From: the human T2T-CHM13v2.0 reference genome, Homo sapiens
Assembly (NCBI RefSeq): GCF_009914755.1
Contig: NC_060939.1
DNA length: 64,000 nucleotides
Direction: 5' to 3' (one strand)
The notes under the pieces were generated by a model. It searched no databases. It worked only from the letters and a program-made list of their open reading frames with translations, and was not told where the DNA came from. Positions 45,521 to 64,000 of the stretch are shown piece after piece; the first letter of the stretch is position 1, and the number at the start of each line of letters is the position of its first letter. The translations under genes and the position numbers were made by a program.

Positions 45521-47559
45521 CATATTTGGATTCTGTTTAGCCAAATACTAACTCCCATTCTTTTAAACATGGTTGTGAGTCTTTCAGACCTCTGTTTCCT
45601 AATGTTTCTCACGGGTCATACAGGTTGGCTGAGAGTAAATGGCAAGGAAGGGCCTGAGAGACTCCGGGCACAGCTGACCTAGGAAAGGGAGTCTGTCATC
45701 CTGGCCCGTCGCTTTACAATGGGAGTGCGAGGGCTGGGCCCAGAGACCCTGTCTTGCCTCCCATGACCCCAGGAAGCTGCAGGCCTGTGGCTCCCCAGGG
45801 TAACCTTCTCTGGTGCCAGCCGTTAGGGTGCCCGGGACAGAGAGCTGGCTTTGAGGATTCCAGAGTCTGTCAGAGAACTTAGGCTGGTCTTTCTTCCAAG
45901 AGAATGCTCCTAAACAAACATCCTGCCCTAATCCAGAGACTAGGTTGGTGCTTATTGGGGGGCGGTGAGTGGGGGAGCCGAGGATTTCCTGTGGAGGCCT
46001 CAGACTCTAGCCCAGGAGTCCAGGCCAAGGAAGTGCCTCTGCCCAGACTTTCAGCCCCTTGAAGCCCAGTTCTTCGTCATCACTTGGTGTGGGGAACAGA
46101 GGGAAGTTTGATGGAATTACTGAGGAAGTAGCATTTACGTGGTCTAAATCGGACCTTCCTGTTCCCACTGCTGACCGGCTCTTCCTCCTTTTCCGCTGTC
46201 TTCCTCCTGCGTGACAGCGCATTCTTCATGGGGCCTCTGGGGCCCTTCCTGTGGGCTGAGCTTCTTTCTTCCCTTTTCTCTCCTGCCGGGACCTAGACTG
46301 GTGCCCACCTTCAGGACTGGGCACATCCAGGCACCTCACAGCCCCTTCCCTCCTCCAGCTCTGCTACCAACGCCCCTGCACCCTTCCGTCCAGGCAGGGC
46401 TGTCCCAGCTGAGGCCCAAGCCCAGCCCACCCTTTCTTCTCAGTTCTGCCAAGAAGGCCATGGGGGCTGGTGGAGGCCCGAACTGCCTCCCCGCCCCCGG
46501 GGAGACACAGCATGCCAGCTGCTGCCGGGATGGGTTACAAAAAACAAAAACACAAACCCCAGCCCCTTGAGATGAGGGACGTTTCGGTTTCTGTGAACCT
46601 GACGCCTCATGTGTGTTGGAAATGAGAGGCGCAGTTTGGGAGAAGGAGGCTGCATGTTTCCCCTGGGGTGGGCTTTGTTTAAATTTTAATATGCTCTTCC
46701 TTTTTCTCAAAGTGCCAGCAATGGCTCCCAGCTCCTTTGTCATTTTAGCCCCGTTATCTGTCTGGGGATGAGATCTCTTATCTGCCCGGTCCTCCCTCTC
46801 CTCCCTGAATGGCGGGTCCCCCACCCGCCTCCCCGCAACTTGTGACAGTGTTACAGATCTCATTCTGCAACCTTAGATTCAGATGAAACTTGTCACTTTG
46901 CTTCTTTAATCAATTAAGATTTGGGGAAAGCAGGGGTCCATTTGTGATAGTGTTGGACCCACCAAGGGCATGAGTAGTGGGCAACTTTGGAGTCCTGTGA
47001 GAGAGGGTGTGGCACCCCCCCCCCTTAGCAGCCTGGGGGACGTCAGCTCCAAGGGTGAGGGTTTCAGCCCTGGGTTCCTTGCTATGGAGTCAAACGTTTC
47101 TCCAGTGTGTGTTCAGACTTCTGACCTGGACCCGCCTTAGCCTTGGGGAGCTCTCTCAACTGCGTCCTTTGTTGGATGGAAACTGCATTAGACACAGAAA
47201 CACAGAGCTGCTCTTTTCCCCACAGGCAGGTGCAGACCTGAAAGAGCCCCGCTGAAGCGGCTCAGAGGCAAGGGGAGGACCTCATCCTTAAGTCACAGGA
47301 CTCAGGATTAGAGGACCTACAGCTTTCAGCCTCGGCTCACCATCTCCTAGCCCTGATGACCCACAGCCTCCCCAAGCCTTGGTTTCACAGCCTGTAAAAT
47401 GGGTTCATGAGCCTACTTTTCATAGCTACACTGTGTGTTTGTATATAACCCATGGCTATCACTATTACCTGCGGACCGCGGTGCTATGAAGTCAGGAGAC
47501 AGGCCTGCACCATCCTGAATCCTCTGTTCTCTGAAAAATCGCCCTTTGTTCTCTCTTAC

Positions 47560-48620
<1,061 letters not shown>

Positions 48621-49019
48621 GAGACTTGGGGCTTGTGTTGTTAAATCCCTATGGGGAAATCCCTTTGGAAATGTTGACCTGAGAGACGAGAAACCCCTCA
48701 GAGGAATACATATGGCACTTTTACTTGAATTCCTTTTCATTTCGCCTAGAATTTCTGCTTTGCACCAGCTGTTTACATATAATTTACAAAAGTACATTAA
48801 TGGGCTTGATTGTGTTTCTTAAAACTCACTGAGAAGTAACCCCAAGTAAAATTTTTCCACTGGGGCATGTTCTTAATACATATTTATAGTTACTGAATCC
48901 ATTTGAGAATGTAGAAAGCTCTTTTGAAATGTTGCGGGAGTACATGACATCTTCAGGTAGGGTTTTCCCCAGTCCTGGCAAGGGGAAGAGAAGGAGAATT
49001 AATGTCTGTCAAGTAGCTG

Positions 49020-49220
49020 CTATAGGCCGGACACTGATCTAGATTCTTTGAATTCAGTGACCCACTGAGAAATAGCATTCCTCTCCCCATTTTACGGACA
49101 GGGAAACTGAGGCTTATGAAGGTGGCTGCTTTCCCAAGGCCTCGCACCTATAAGGAGTGGTAGTGGGATTTGAACCCAGATGCGATGAGTCCAAAGCTCA
49201 CACTCCATCCATTGAACCAC
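49020..49220 (-). mobile_element. MIR
   Basis: ccccattttacggacagggaaactgaggc..ggatttgaacccag. Confidence 0.7.
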
Positions 49221-49539
49221 TCTGCCACCCAGCTCCTAAGACCTACCAGAAAAGTAAAGCAGGAGCTACAGAGGTAGGTGAGCCACTGGACAGCCTGGTG
49301 GCTTCTAGATAAAAATCAGAGCTAAAACACCAGCTCATTTCCATTCTCCTTGCACAAGTTCTTCTGCTGGCTGACAAACTGGAAGCCAGCCCTTCTTTGG
49401 GTAGCACTCTTCCAAAGAGTGATAGCTGCAAGTTCTTGGCTACATTCTGAGTTGGAGGTTCAGCCCACTGCATGGAGCAGCAGGTAGGAAGTTGGTGCCT
49501 GTAGGTGGCATCAAATTGAACATAAACACACTTGCAGGT

Positions 49540-50139
<600 letters not shown>

Positions 50140-51649
50140 TTACCTAAGCCATGCCCAGGCGGCGAGCATTCCCAGAAAACAAGATGCTCCACTGGGGCAC
50201 TGGGCACCCCAGTATCTCTGCCCATCACTGCAGTTCTTTTGGCCCATGCCTTATTTCATTGGCCATCTTAACACATTCCCCCCAGAAAAGGGCACCCCGG
50301 TCAGGATGCTCTTCCCCTGACTTTCTAGGAGTGTCTTCCTCCCTCTGACTCCTATGGACCCGGACCCCACCAGACTATGTTGGGGGTGGGAGGGTCATTG
50401 GATGCCAGTTGAGACAGCTGATGGCCCCCCACCTGTGCTTCTTCCTCCCATCTGGTCCAGAGGATTCAGATCCATGAGAATGGGTGGCAGAGAAAGAGAG
50501 GAGGAAGACCCCGGTGCAAGATGACTCCCAGTAATGGCAGTAGATGTGTGGGGAAGGGAGCGCAGGTGGCTGCAAGGCCGTGGCGCCTGGGCAGTGCATT
50601 CACCTGCTTGTGAAATGATGGGTCCCCCAGGAACTACTCTGTCTGTGGCTTCCTTGCCATGCCCCCTCTTCCTCTCATACTTTATCATCTCTGCTGCCTC
50701 TCCCTCCACCTCCATCCTTGCTTTCTTCTGAGGGTGGGCAGGTAGGTCTCCCTGCTAGATCAGGCTGCTACATCTCCCTGGAGTTTTTGGCCACCTCCTC
50801 TCCTGAGCTGCCGGTGTTGGGGTGGGTGGCAGGAACCGATAGAACATCCAAGGTGAACATCGGCCACCCTTTCCATTAGCAAGGGCCTGCACCGGGTATT
50901 TGGCCAGAGTTCCTCTGAATTCACTTGGTCTCTGGCAGTTGACCTTGGGTTGAAAATGCAGTTTTTTGAGTGGGCTTTAGAGATCATGCTGAGGAAGAAA
51001 GAAAATAGCGTGCACGGATGTGTTGCTGTGGTTGGATTTCACTGGCTGTTTTTCATATACCTGTCTTTTCCCTGTGAGAGAAAACAGCCATGACAGTAAG
51101 CAGGGGAAGCTCATTTGAGAGTAGGGGACGTGGAGGGATGAGGGCAGTTCTCCGGGGCACCCCTGAAAATGAATTTCCTCCTCCAGAGCCAGGGTGACCG
51201 GGTCCCTCACAGGGCCACCGTCTGCAGGCATCAACACTCTTTTGGGTCTAAATCCAATTATTCCTCAAGTTCTTCTTGGTGGCTTCCTTCACTCTCTGGC
51301 CAGGGGGAGTTTTGCAGAAATACTGTTCTAACAGCAGAGCATGTCTGTGACCAAACCTTGGGCAAATACATATTTAAAGAAATCTTATTATTAAAATAGT
51401 CAACCTTATGGTTTATGTAGACAATCTGATAAACACAGACAAGGGTAAAGACAGTACAAATTGCTCCATAATCTCACAAGCTGGAAATTACCAACACCAT
51501 TTAGTACTTTTGTGTATTTCCTCACAGCCTTTTTCATTGCATATATGTAAATACACTGTATTTTAAACATGGTTACAAGCACATTGAACTTTATATCATT
51601 TTTCTTTTTCATTTGACATAACATTATGGCAAACAAAAACTTTAAAAAA

Positions 51650-53514
<1,865 letters not shown>

Positions 53515-53581
53515 TGATATTTTAATTCTACCAAGATCCTATATATAGATTAGTTTTTAAAAATCAAGATTTAAATTTGAA

Positions 53582-53865
53582 GGCCTTGCTCATGCCTGTA
53601 ATACTAGCACTTTGGGAGGCCAAGGCAGGCTGATCATTTGAGGCCAGGAGTTCAAAACCAGCCTGGCCAACATGGCAAAACCCTGTCTCTACTAAAAATA
53701 CAAAAATTAGCTGGATGTGGTGGTGTGTGCCTATAGTCCCAGCTGCTCGGAAGGCTGAGGCATGAGAATCACTTGAACCTGGGAGGTTGCAGTTAGCCGA
53801 GATTGTGCCACTGTACTCTAGCCTTGGTGATGGAGTGAGACACTGTCTCGAAAAAAAAAAAAAAA
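53582..53865 (+). mobile_element. AluS
   Basis: TSD aagatttaaatttgaag. Confidence 0.9.
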
Positions 53866-55457
53866 GATTTAAATTTGAAGACAATATGCACAGACGATAT
53901 AATTAGCAAACAAATGCCCGACCTAAAGAAAATGCCAAATGGTGAGCTCCATGAGGCTAGGAACCAGGTCAGTTCTGCGTAACAGATACTAAATTGAGTT
54001 AATATTTGTTGACTCTATTGAATTAATATTTGTTGAAGAAATTAATGAATGCAATACAAGTTTTGAAAGTATACCATTTTTAACTTTTTAAATTAGAAGA
54101 GTTTTTAAAAGATTTTATTATGAAAGAATTTCAACTATTGAGAAAAATTGAAAGTATATAACAGTAAATACCCATACACCAATGGCTGAGATATAATAGA
54201 TGTTAACATTTGCCATATTTGCTTCATCTGCACAGGTATATATATTTTTTCCTGAACCATTTTGAAGAAAGTTACAGAGCACACATCATTTCTCCCTTCA
54301 ATAGTTCCGCATACAAATCCTCTGTCACCCAGAACTTAGCAATCTGAATGCAGGGTATGGGAAGCTGCTGCACTGTGCTCCAAGGGTGTCTCTGCAGATT
54401 GTCCCAGTCTCTGAGAAGGTATTTAGGAGTCACCAACATGACCTGCTGATATGTAAGAGAAAAGAAAACATGCATTTATTGTGGATCATGCCCTGTGCTG
54501 GGAGTTTACCAATGGCCTCCTGTTTAAATCCTTTTTACAATTCTGCCCATATTACAGGAAGTTGAGGTTCAGAGAGGTTAAGTAACTTGCCCCAGTTGAC
54601 ACAGTGTCATTATTCACCAAGTCCCTTCTGACACCATCAAATTACCTGACATTTGCCTCTTCCCTTTATCTTCTCTGTGCGTGAATGCATGGAGGTGATT
54701 TGTTGGGCAGTGTGGACAGACGGGAAGCAATCTCAATGTCCTCCAGTGCAAGAATTGGCAGGCAAATGGGGATGTGTGTGAACGGTGTGACTATGAACAT
54801 GGGTGATCGATTACGGACATGCAAGATGGAAAATTGCTTGTGGCATCCAGATAAGGGAAAACAAGTAGGACACCAGATTGTATACACTGTGATCAAAACC
54901 ATGTGAAAAACACATGCATGAAGAGGACTGGGAAGAAATACACAAGAAGTGGTTGCATTAGGGTGAGAAGGAGTATTCATGTTTTTCTCATCCGTCTTTT
55001 TCAAACCTTTTGTAATGGGTGGTTTTATTAATTTTATAATGGAAAATGTTAATTTAAAAGCAAGTTATTTACAGTTTAGTAAGCTCATGGCAGGGAAAGG
55101 CTGTGCTCTGTTTATTGCTCTTACTTTTTCCCAACGCCTACTCCCATGCCTGGCAATTATAGAGATAATAAATGTGGGTGTGGAATGAGTGCCCACTGGG
55201 AAACCTCTCAGAGGACTTTGACCCAGGAACATATTTGCACAGGGTTTCCCTCAGCTGGAGAAGGTTTCTCTGGGAGAGCACCAGCCAGGTGTGTGTCATG
55301 GGATATATTTACAGGGTGGTGAGCTCTCCTGGTCCAACCTAAAAGGTCCCAGCAAGGTGTAGGGGCCCTTCTGGCCATTTGACATCACCAGGGCAGTTAG
55401 TGCTGATACAAACCACAGAGAATGAACAAACTCCAACTCAAACGGGAATGGATTTTA

Positions 55458-55918
<461 letters not shown>

Positions 55919-56051
55919 AAAAAACTTTTTAGTAATTAAAAAGATCAAGCTTGATAATCACAATCATATGAGCAGTTATTAAGTGCCAGCCTAAGTGCAT
56001 TTACAGACATTCCTTATTTAATTTTCACAACAGCCATTAGCATTAGCTATC

Positions 56052-56360
<309 letters not shown>

Positions 56361-56364
56361 AGAA

Positions 56365-56480
56365 TTAGCTATCAGCTCCATTTTATAGATGAGGAAACTG
56401 AGGCACAGAGGAAGGAGGGATGGGTTTCAAGGCCGGTCTTGGTTTTGCCAAGAACTTGACTTTCAGCAAATCGTAAGCCT
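56365..56480 (-). mobile_element. MIR (continues at 55960-56050 across the Alu)
   Basis: ccattttatagatgaggaaactgaggcacagag. Confidence 0.7.
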
Positions 56481-56738
56481 TCTGGGCTTTCATTTCCTTG
56501 TCTCTGAACGAAACAGCTGGCAGGAGTTGAATGCTTATCATGTGCCAGGCCCTGGCCGAACACTCTGAACATGTGCGCACAGAGTGTGTGTTAACCAGTG
56601 GGGGAGGGGGCACCAAGCAGGCCCATCTGGGTGGGAATATGAAGCCACCTTCCCAACAGGGCAGTCACATATGCCCAGTAGGAAAGAGCTGTATCTGTGC
56701 TGCAGAGAGGGTCATTTCAAATTAAAAAAAAAAAAATT

Positions 56739-57462
<724 letters not shown>

Positions 57463-57724
57463 TCATTTGTCCTGTCTCCTTTGAGGAAATCGGAAGACTA
57501 GAGAGGTTAAGTGAGGACACACAGGAAGTTCTAAAAAACTGTAACTCTGGTCTCTCAACACCAGGTCTTTGCACAGCACTTGCCCCATGGGAGAAACCCG
57601 GTTGGTTTTGTTTTTGCTTGTTTTGCATTCCCAAGACCAATTCTTGTGAGCCACTGGTCATAGCCCATCTCTCTTGTTTTCATGCAGCAGGGGCATCTTC
57701 AGTGGCCACGTCATCTCTCACTCT

Positions 57725-57835
57725 CTGCTGGGGAGCTTGTTAAAATGCAGTTGCCTGGGTCCAGCCCCAAATCCACTGGATCTGGGTGGGTGGGAACCAA
57801 GTGCCTGCACCTTAAAATACCCTCAGGTATTCCTA
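57725..57835. mobile_element. MER5-family fragment
   Basis: ggggagcttgttaaaatgcag..cctgggtccagcccc. Confidence 0.55.
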
Positions 57836-58013
57836 GGTGCCAGTGTTGTTACGGCCAGCTTGGGCCAGCTATGAACTGTTACAGTGGCTTTTTATTCTGA
57901 AATTAAACCTGCAGATACTTGGGCTAGTATCGACTAAAGCCCATTTTCATCTGAAGGAAGCCATCCAGCTACTAACATTATATTGTGTACTGAGTATTGA
58001 CTGTGAATTTCTG

Positions 58014-58301
58014 TTTTTTTGAGACGGAGTCTCGCTGTCGCCCAGGCTGGAGTGCAGTGGCGCGATCTCAGCTCACTGCAACCTCTGGCTCCCAGGTTCA
58101 AGCAATTCTCTTGCCCTCAGCCTCCCAAGTAGCTGGGATTAGAGGCGCCTGCCACCACGCCTAGCTAATTTTTGTATTTTTAGTAGAGACAGAGTTTTGC
58201 CATATTGGCCAGGCTGGTCTCGAGCTCCCAACCTCAGGTGATCCTCCCGCCTCGGTCTCCCAAAGTGCTGGGATTATAGGCGTGAGCCACTGTGTCCAGC
58301 C
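58014..58301 (-). mobile_element. AluS
   Basis: TSD actgtgaatttct. Confidence 0.9.
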
Positions 58302-58499
58302 ACTGTGAATTTCTCATTAACAGAACGTTCTCTTTCAACCTCAGCTCCATGGAACTCAGCAGATCACATGTGGTTGAATGTAAATTCCAGGACATTTAAA
58401 TGTATTATTTTCTATTTTTAAGAGAGAGGAGAGGCAGATTGGATGAACTTGGAAAATTAAATGGCCCCCAAAAAGTAACAATTAAGAATGTGTGTTTGG

Positions 58500-58927
<428 letters not shown>

Positions 58928-59561
58928 GTGTGTGTTTGAAATTTGAGGCTCTGTGGCTAGAATTTTCACTTAAGAGGAAATATATATCTGCATTTAAAAT
59001 TCTTTAATTTATAAACATTCTTGTGTATTCTTAGGCCAGTGCCCCACAAAAGTATGGGCCATGCACCAGTGCTGTTCTGCACAATGTTAACCAAGCAAGA
59101 GGAGGAGCTAAACATAGAAAATGGGATTGGTGTTTAGAAACTTCTGTAGTTTGACATTGGCAGGATGACATCCAAATGGGCGATTGGTGGCTTCATCTCG
59201 AACAGCGTGTGGGCCAGGGTGAGCACTGTTGACCCCACGTGGCAGGACTCAGGACTAAACTGCTTGTTGATGTTAGATCTGAGAGGGATTAAGGATTAAG
59301 ATGAATCAAACTGACCTTTCACCACAGAGTTTGAGAAGCACTGGGGATGTTAAAGGTGGGGAAAGTTTGCAGCGGGAGGTGTGCTTTTTAAGCTTAGGAA
59401 GTGGAAAGCAGGAGAAGAGTTGGACAGGCAGAAGTCTTCTCGCTCCCACTTCACCCTCGAGATCCCAACAGGCCAGTTCAGGCAGAAAGGGGTTGGCTCC
59501 TAGGCTAGCCGGCTACTCCACGTTGAGCCTTCTGCCTTGTCCCATATGTTCCTTTTTCCTG

Positions 59562-59726
59562 TTTTTTTAGAGACAGGTTCTCACTCTGTTGCCCAGGCTG
59601 GAGTGCAGTGTCTGTTCACAGGCATGATCATAGCTCACTGCAGCCTTGACCTCCTGGGCCTGAGCGATCCTCCCAACTCAGCCTCCCAAGTAGCTGGGAC
59701 CATAGGCATTCGCTACCATGCCCAGC
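59562..59726 (-). mobile_element. Alu monomer (FAM/FRAM-like)
   Basis: TSD cttgtcccata. Confidence 0.8.
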
Positions 59727-59923
59727 TTGTCCCATAGACTTGGTTTGACTCTGGTCACAGAGCCTGGGGAGAAACTCCTTGATTCAAGGCAGAGCAAGGT
59801 GGTTTAAGAGATGGCCTTCTGAGTCCTGCCTGGCCTGGGTATGGAAACGTGGGCGCTACCAGCTGTGCAAGCTTGGCCCACTGACTTTCTTTCTTTGCCC
59901 CTCAGAGTTTAGAAAATGGGAAT

Positions 59924-60290
<367 letters not shown>

Positions 60291-60430
60291 TCACATGCAA
60301 GAGGCTCTACACATGGTCTGCACTCAGGAAAGGGAGGAATTCTTTGTGCTGTTTTGTCTATGTTATTTGAAAAAGTGGATTGCATTGTGGGTCCCCAGAA
60401 GTTGCCAGCTGTCCTTCCTGTTTCCAAATT

Positions 60431-60432
<2 letters not shown>

Positions 60433-60480
<48 letters not shown>
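60433..60480 (+). repeat. (TG)24 microsatellite
   Basis: Perfect dinucleotide run. Confidence 0.95.
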
Positions 60481-60483
<3 letters not shown>

Positions 60484-61786
60484 TCTGTGCCTGTGGTGGT
60501 GGTGGCCATGGTGTCGGCAGCAGCAGGGTTGTCAGGAAACAACCATCGGTTTCCTGCTGATTAACTCAGTTCCTGGAGGGCCCTCCCTAGCAGCAGGGGA
60601 AGCCTGGCAGCTTGGCTGAGCCTCCTCCGGCCTCTGCCTCACCCGCCAGCTCTTCTCACCCCTTCTGAGAGGCCCGCCTGCTCTCCTGCTACCCTAGAGC
60701 CCAGGACACCCTTGCAGGCCTTCTGAGCCTTCTTTGTTCTGGCCGTGGGTGGGGCACCCGGCTCCACCTGCCTCAGGTTTTGCCTGCAGGTGCATTTCCT
60801 TTGCACACCTGGCGCCTGTTGGGGACTTAGACCTCTTCCACATCGCCCCAAGGTCGGGCTGAAGAGATTTGGATCTTCTGAGTTGCAAGCTCCCAGAAAC
60901 GATGCTGTTAGGACCCTCTGTTCACTCAGAGAAAGAGGCTTGATGGCCGGAGCCCCAGGGCTTCCCTGCTGGTAGAAGGGGTGTCTGGAGGGCCTCTGCC
61001 TTCCGTCATCAGAAGGAGGTTCTAGCAAGGTAAAGAGGCCCGTATAGTACTGGGATTTTGGATCCCTTGAGTGAAGGACCAGGCAGAGAAGGGGAGCACT
61101 GCTGGAGGATGTCGGGGGCTGGGCCAGGCTGGGCACAGGCACATGGCCATGGTGATTGACCGCATTTGCCTCACCACTTCACGTGGGGACCTGGCAACCA
61201 CACAATGGCCCTGGGGCATGGTGTGGGGGCTGAGACATGAGGCAATGGTCTTGGTCTCAAACACCCCAGCTTCCGGCTGCTGGGCGTCACTGACTTGCTG
61301 TGGCTTCCTGGCCTGGCTCAGCATTGGCCGTCCGGCTCCTGCAGCAGTGACATCTCCACTCTGGACCCATGAGCCCATCAGCTCTTGGTGGACAGGTTTG
61401 CACAGTTGCCCCTGCTGCCTGTGCAGTGAGCTGGCTGCGGAAGGCAGGACTCCCAGGGCTAGGAGGGTATTAGCAGGCTGGCTTTCGGGCCTCAGCACCA
61501 TCGTGCTTCTTATGTGCCGGGACAGGATCAGGACCATGTTGTGCCTAACATCCGGCAGACCCTGGTAGCTTCTTAAATGATGACACTTTCCAGCACTCAC
61601 ATATCTCATCTGAGTTAGGCCGGGCTCTCTAGCTGGGGCGGGAAGCCCCGCACTTCCTAATACCTGGTGGCTGAGTCAACAACATGGGGACGTGTATTTG
61701 GATAGCAAACAGCGATCAGCAGCGGAGCCAGCCTGCTGCCTTCCTGCACCCGCCTTCTAGCAAAAATGTCCTCTGGAAAGGTCAGC

Positions 61787-61957
61787 CAGGACTGGCTACA
61801 TAATTTTCAGGACCAGGTGTAAAATGAAAATGCAGGTCTCATGTTTAAAAGTCAGTAAAATTTAAAGAACAGCAGAGCACGAAACCAAATGTGAGCCCTT
61901 CCTTCTACACGTGGGGCCCCAGGCAGTGGCACCATTGCATGCCCCCAAGGCAGCCTG
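61787..61957 (-). mobile_element. MER45A-like (hAT-Tip100)
   Basis: caggactggctacataatttt..aaaatgaaaatgc..cagcagagca..aaaccaa..ggggccc..gcagcctg. Confidence 0.7.
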
Positions 61958-64000
61958 GAGTCAGCGTTTCCCAGCCTTGTGAAGTCCTCATGCTTCCAAG
62001 GGTGGCAGGATTGGGTCCTCTTTGGTAGAAGAGCTGCTTGGCATCCTGAGACGCACTCGCCCCATCCGGCCCCACAAGCAGCTTTCTCAAGAGCTGGAGT
62101 GACTTCCACTTCGAAGCGCAAGCACTTCACCTTCTCCTTTTTGTTCTTCTCTACCCTGTTTCCTTCTTTCTTTGTGAACTCAGAAAGCTTTGAGACTCCC
62201 CTCCCGTTCCTCCTTTCTTCCCCTCCACTCTTGCCGCCCGCCCCCCACCCCCTCCGCCTCTGTTTCTCTCTCCCTCTTTCCCTTGCTTTTATCTGGGGGA
62301 ACCCCTTTCACAGGTTTGCTGTATAACATTTCTCTTCCATTCACTTGGCGCCGTTCGATTTTAATGTTCCTTTGAATGACACCAGGCGAGTGCTCCTTGG
62401 GTTTCCGAAGCCTCTCTCTGAAGTGGCTGGAGCCAGCGTCTTCCCCACCGAGGGACGTCCCTTCAGTGGCCTCTGGCTCTGTCCAGATGGTCTCTCCCCA
62501 TTGGGAGCCTGGAATGAATTCTCATTGTGAGCATTCATCACTCACCACCTCCTCCCCACATTCAGCTGTCAGTCCTACTGGCCGCAGTGGAAAGAAAGCC
62601 TGCTCCATTATTTCTAGTGACAGACCTGGCCATCATTCCCAAGGTCTGTGGCTCCCATGCAGGCCTCGAGCTGGGGGTGGGGCAGGGCATGGGAAAGGGT
62701 TAAATAGATAAGCCCAAGACACAGTCCTGGCCCCCCTCATCCTCTTCACACAGGAACCAGAAGGGTCTTCAGCAACATGCACGGGATCGTGTTACTTCTG
62801 GCTTCCCATGCCTGAGAATGGCATCCAGACATGGCCTTCAAGGCTCTGTCTGCCTCGGTGACCCCATCTCCAGCCACTGTTCCCAGTTCACATCGGGGAA
62901 TTCTCCGGCCCTCCTAGAGAGGCAGCCCAGGTTGCTAAAGAGGCACTTCAAGCACATTTCAAAGAACGCAAGAATTCTGGAGAGGTGGAGAGCAGGAGAA
63001 TAGCACAAGCAAGAGCCAGCTCCAGGGTCAGGCTGGAGATGGGAGGTCAGGCATGGTGGGGAGGACGGGAAGTGGGGCTGGGTTCAAAGCCTGGCTCAGC
63101 TTGGAGGACCTGGCAGGGGCTCGGGGTGGGGGTGGAGTGTCTCAATCCTGGTGCACACTGGAGTTATTCGAAGGGCTTTTAAAAATTATCAAAGTTGTTC
63201 CAGGTTCATTCCCCGGGTGGCCCACACGCTGTTTTTAAGTTTAGCTCTCCAACCCTTCTTCCTGGTCCTCCCCTTCCCTTGGAAGAAAGTCCCTGGTCCA
63301 GCCTGGGTGTTGGCACTGGCATTTGCCCTCCCAGGGCCACTGGGACTGGGAATCCCCAGGAGGGCTTTCGAAAGTGTCAGGAACCGCTCCTTCCACTGGG
63401 GCTTTTCTCCACTGATGGGAAGGCTGCCTTGCTCAGTCAGCCCCAGGCCCCTGGACAGAAGGAACTAGGGGAGCACTAAGCATAGGTGTCCCTAGAGAGT
63501 CAGCTGGAAGGGACCTAGTTCAGAAGAGGAAACTGAGTCTCAGTCACCAGCGAGTACCACCACTGGTGGTACTCAGAGCTTGGGTAGCAGAGCTTGGGCT
63601 TTTCAGCCTTGGACACCACCAGCTAGGATGGAGTGAGGGCTGAGCTGGAATGCTTCTGAGGAAATGATCTCTGACCCAAGCATGCCACAATTATGAGAGC
63701 ATCTTCAGCACTCATAAGCATCGCAGGCTGGATCTCTTTCTCTGACCTTTGGATGTGGGGTGCCAGAATCTGTGCTTAAAGATGAGGGAGGTCGGGCTTC
63801 TGCCCTCAAAGAACTCTGGATCTCGAGGGAGCAGTGGGCCTAAGCATAGAGTATTCTAATACGGTCGCTAGGCTTCCAGAGCTGTAAGAGACAGGCTTGA
63901 GCAGGGAGAGACGAATTCCCCGAGGGAGGCCTTGATGAGGAGGTGAAGAGGCAGTGAGGGTCTGGTGTCTACTCCCCTTTAACCACAGGCCTGGCCTTCC

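Noticed and set aside
60639-61609. Overlapping 165-195 aa ORFs on both strands
   Set aside because: They show no recognisable domain or exon structure and lie in GC-rich intronic DNA.

Overview
Primate (almost certainly human) genomic DNA, very Alu-rich, with no protein-coding exon I can support. The centre is a large CpG-island promoter (~26200-28680) with a non-coding first exon ending at a CAGG|GTGAGT donor (27618). About 5 kb downstream is the hairpin I recognise as MIR3174 (32759-32845, MER5A-derived). From recalled annotation, MIR3174 lies in intron 1 of ZNF710 (15q26.1), so the window is most likely ~27 kb of upstream DNA, ZNF710 exon 1 and the first ~36 kb of intron 1. The upstream part contains a short, prematurely polyadenylated SVA with TSDs, a THE1C solo LTR inserted into an Alu, and a decayed two-LTR MER4-group ERV1 provirus. 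That provirus retains integrase and env-TM remnants fused into one 130-aa ORF. About 60 Alus plus MIR, L2, old L1 and hAT MER fragments fill the rest. I see no convincing new biological system. The best leads are: (i) a possible second, coding first exon in the CpG island whose upstream ATG frame runs through a (GA)15 repeat; (ii) the ERV integrase-env membrane-anchor ORF; (iii) the truncated SVA with strong flanking splice sites; (iv) a 16-bp inverted templated insertion copied from 3.9 kb away. Repeat boundaries and subfamilies were read by eye and are approximate.
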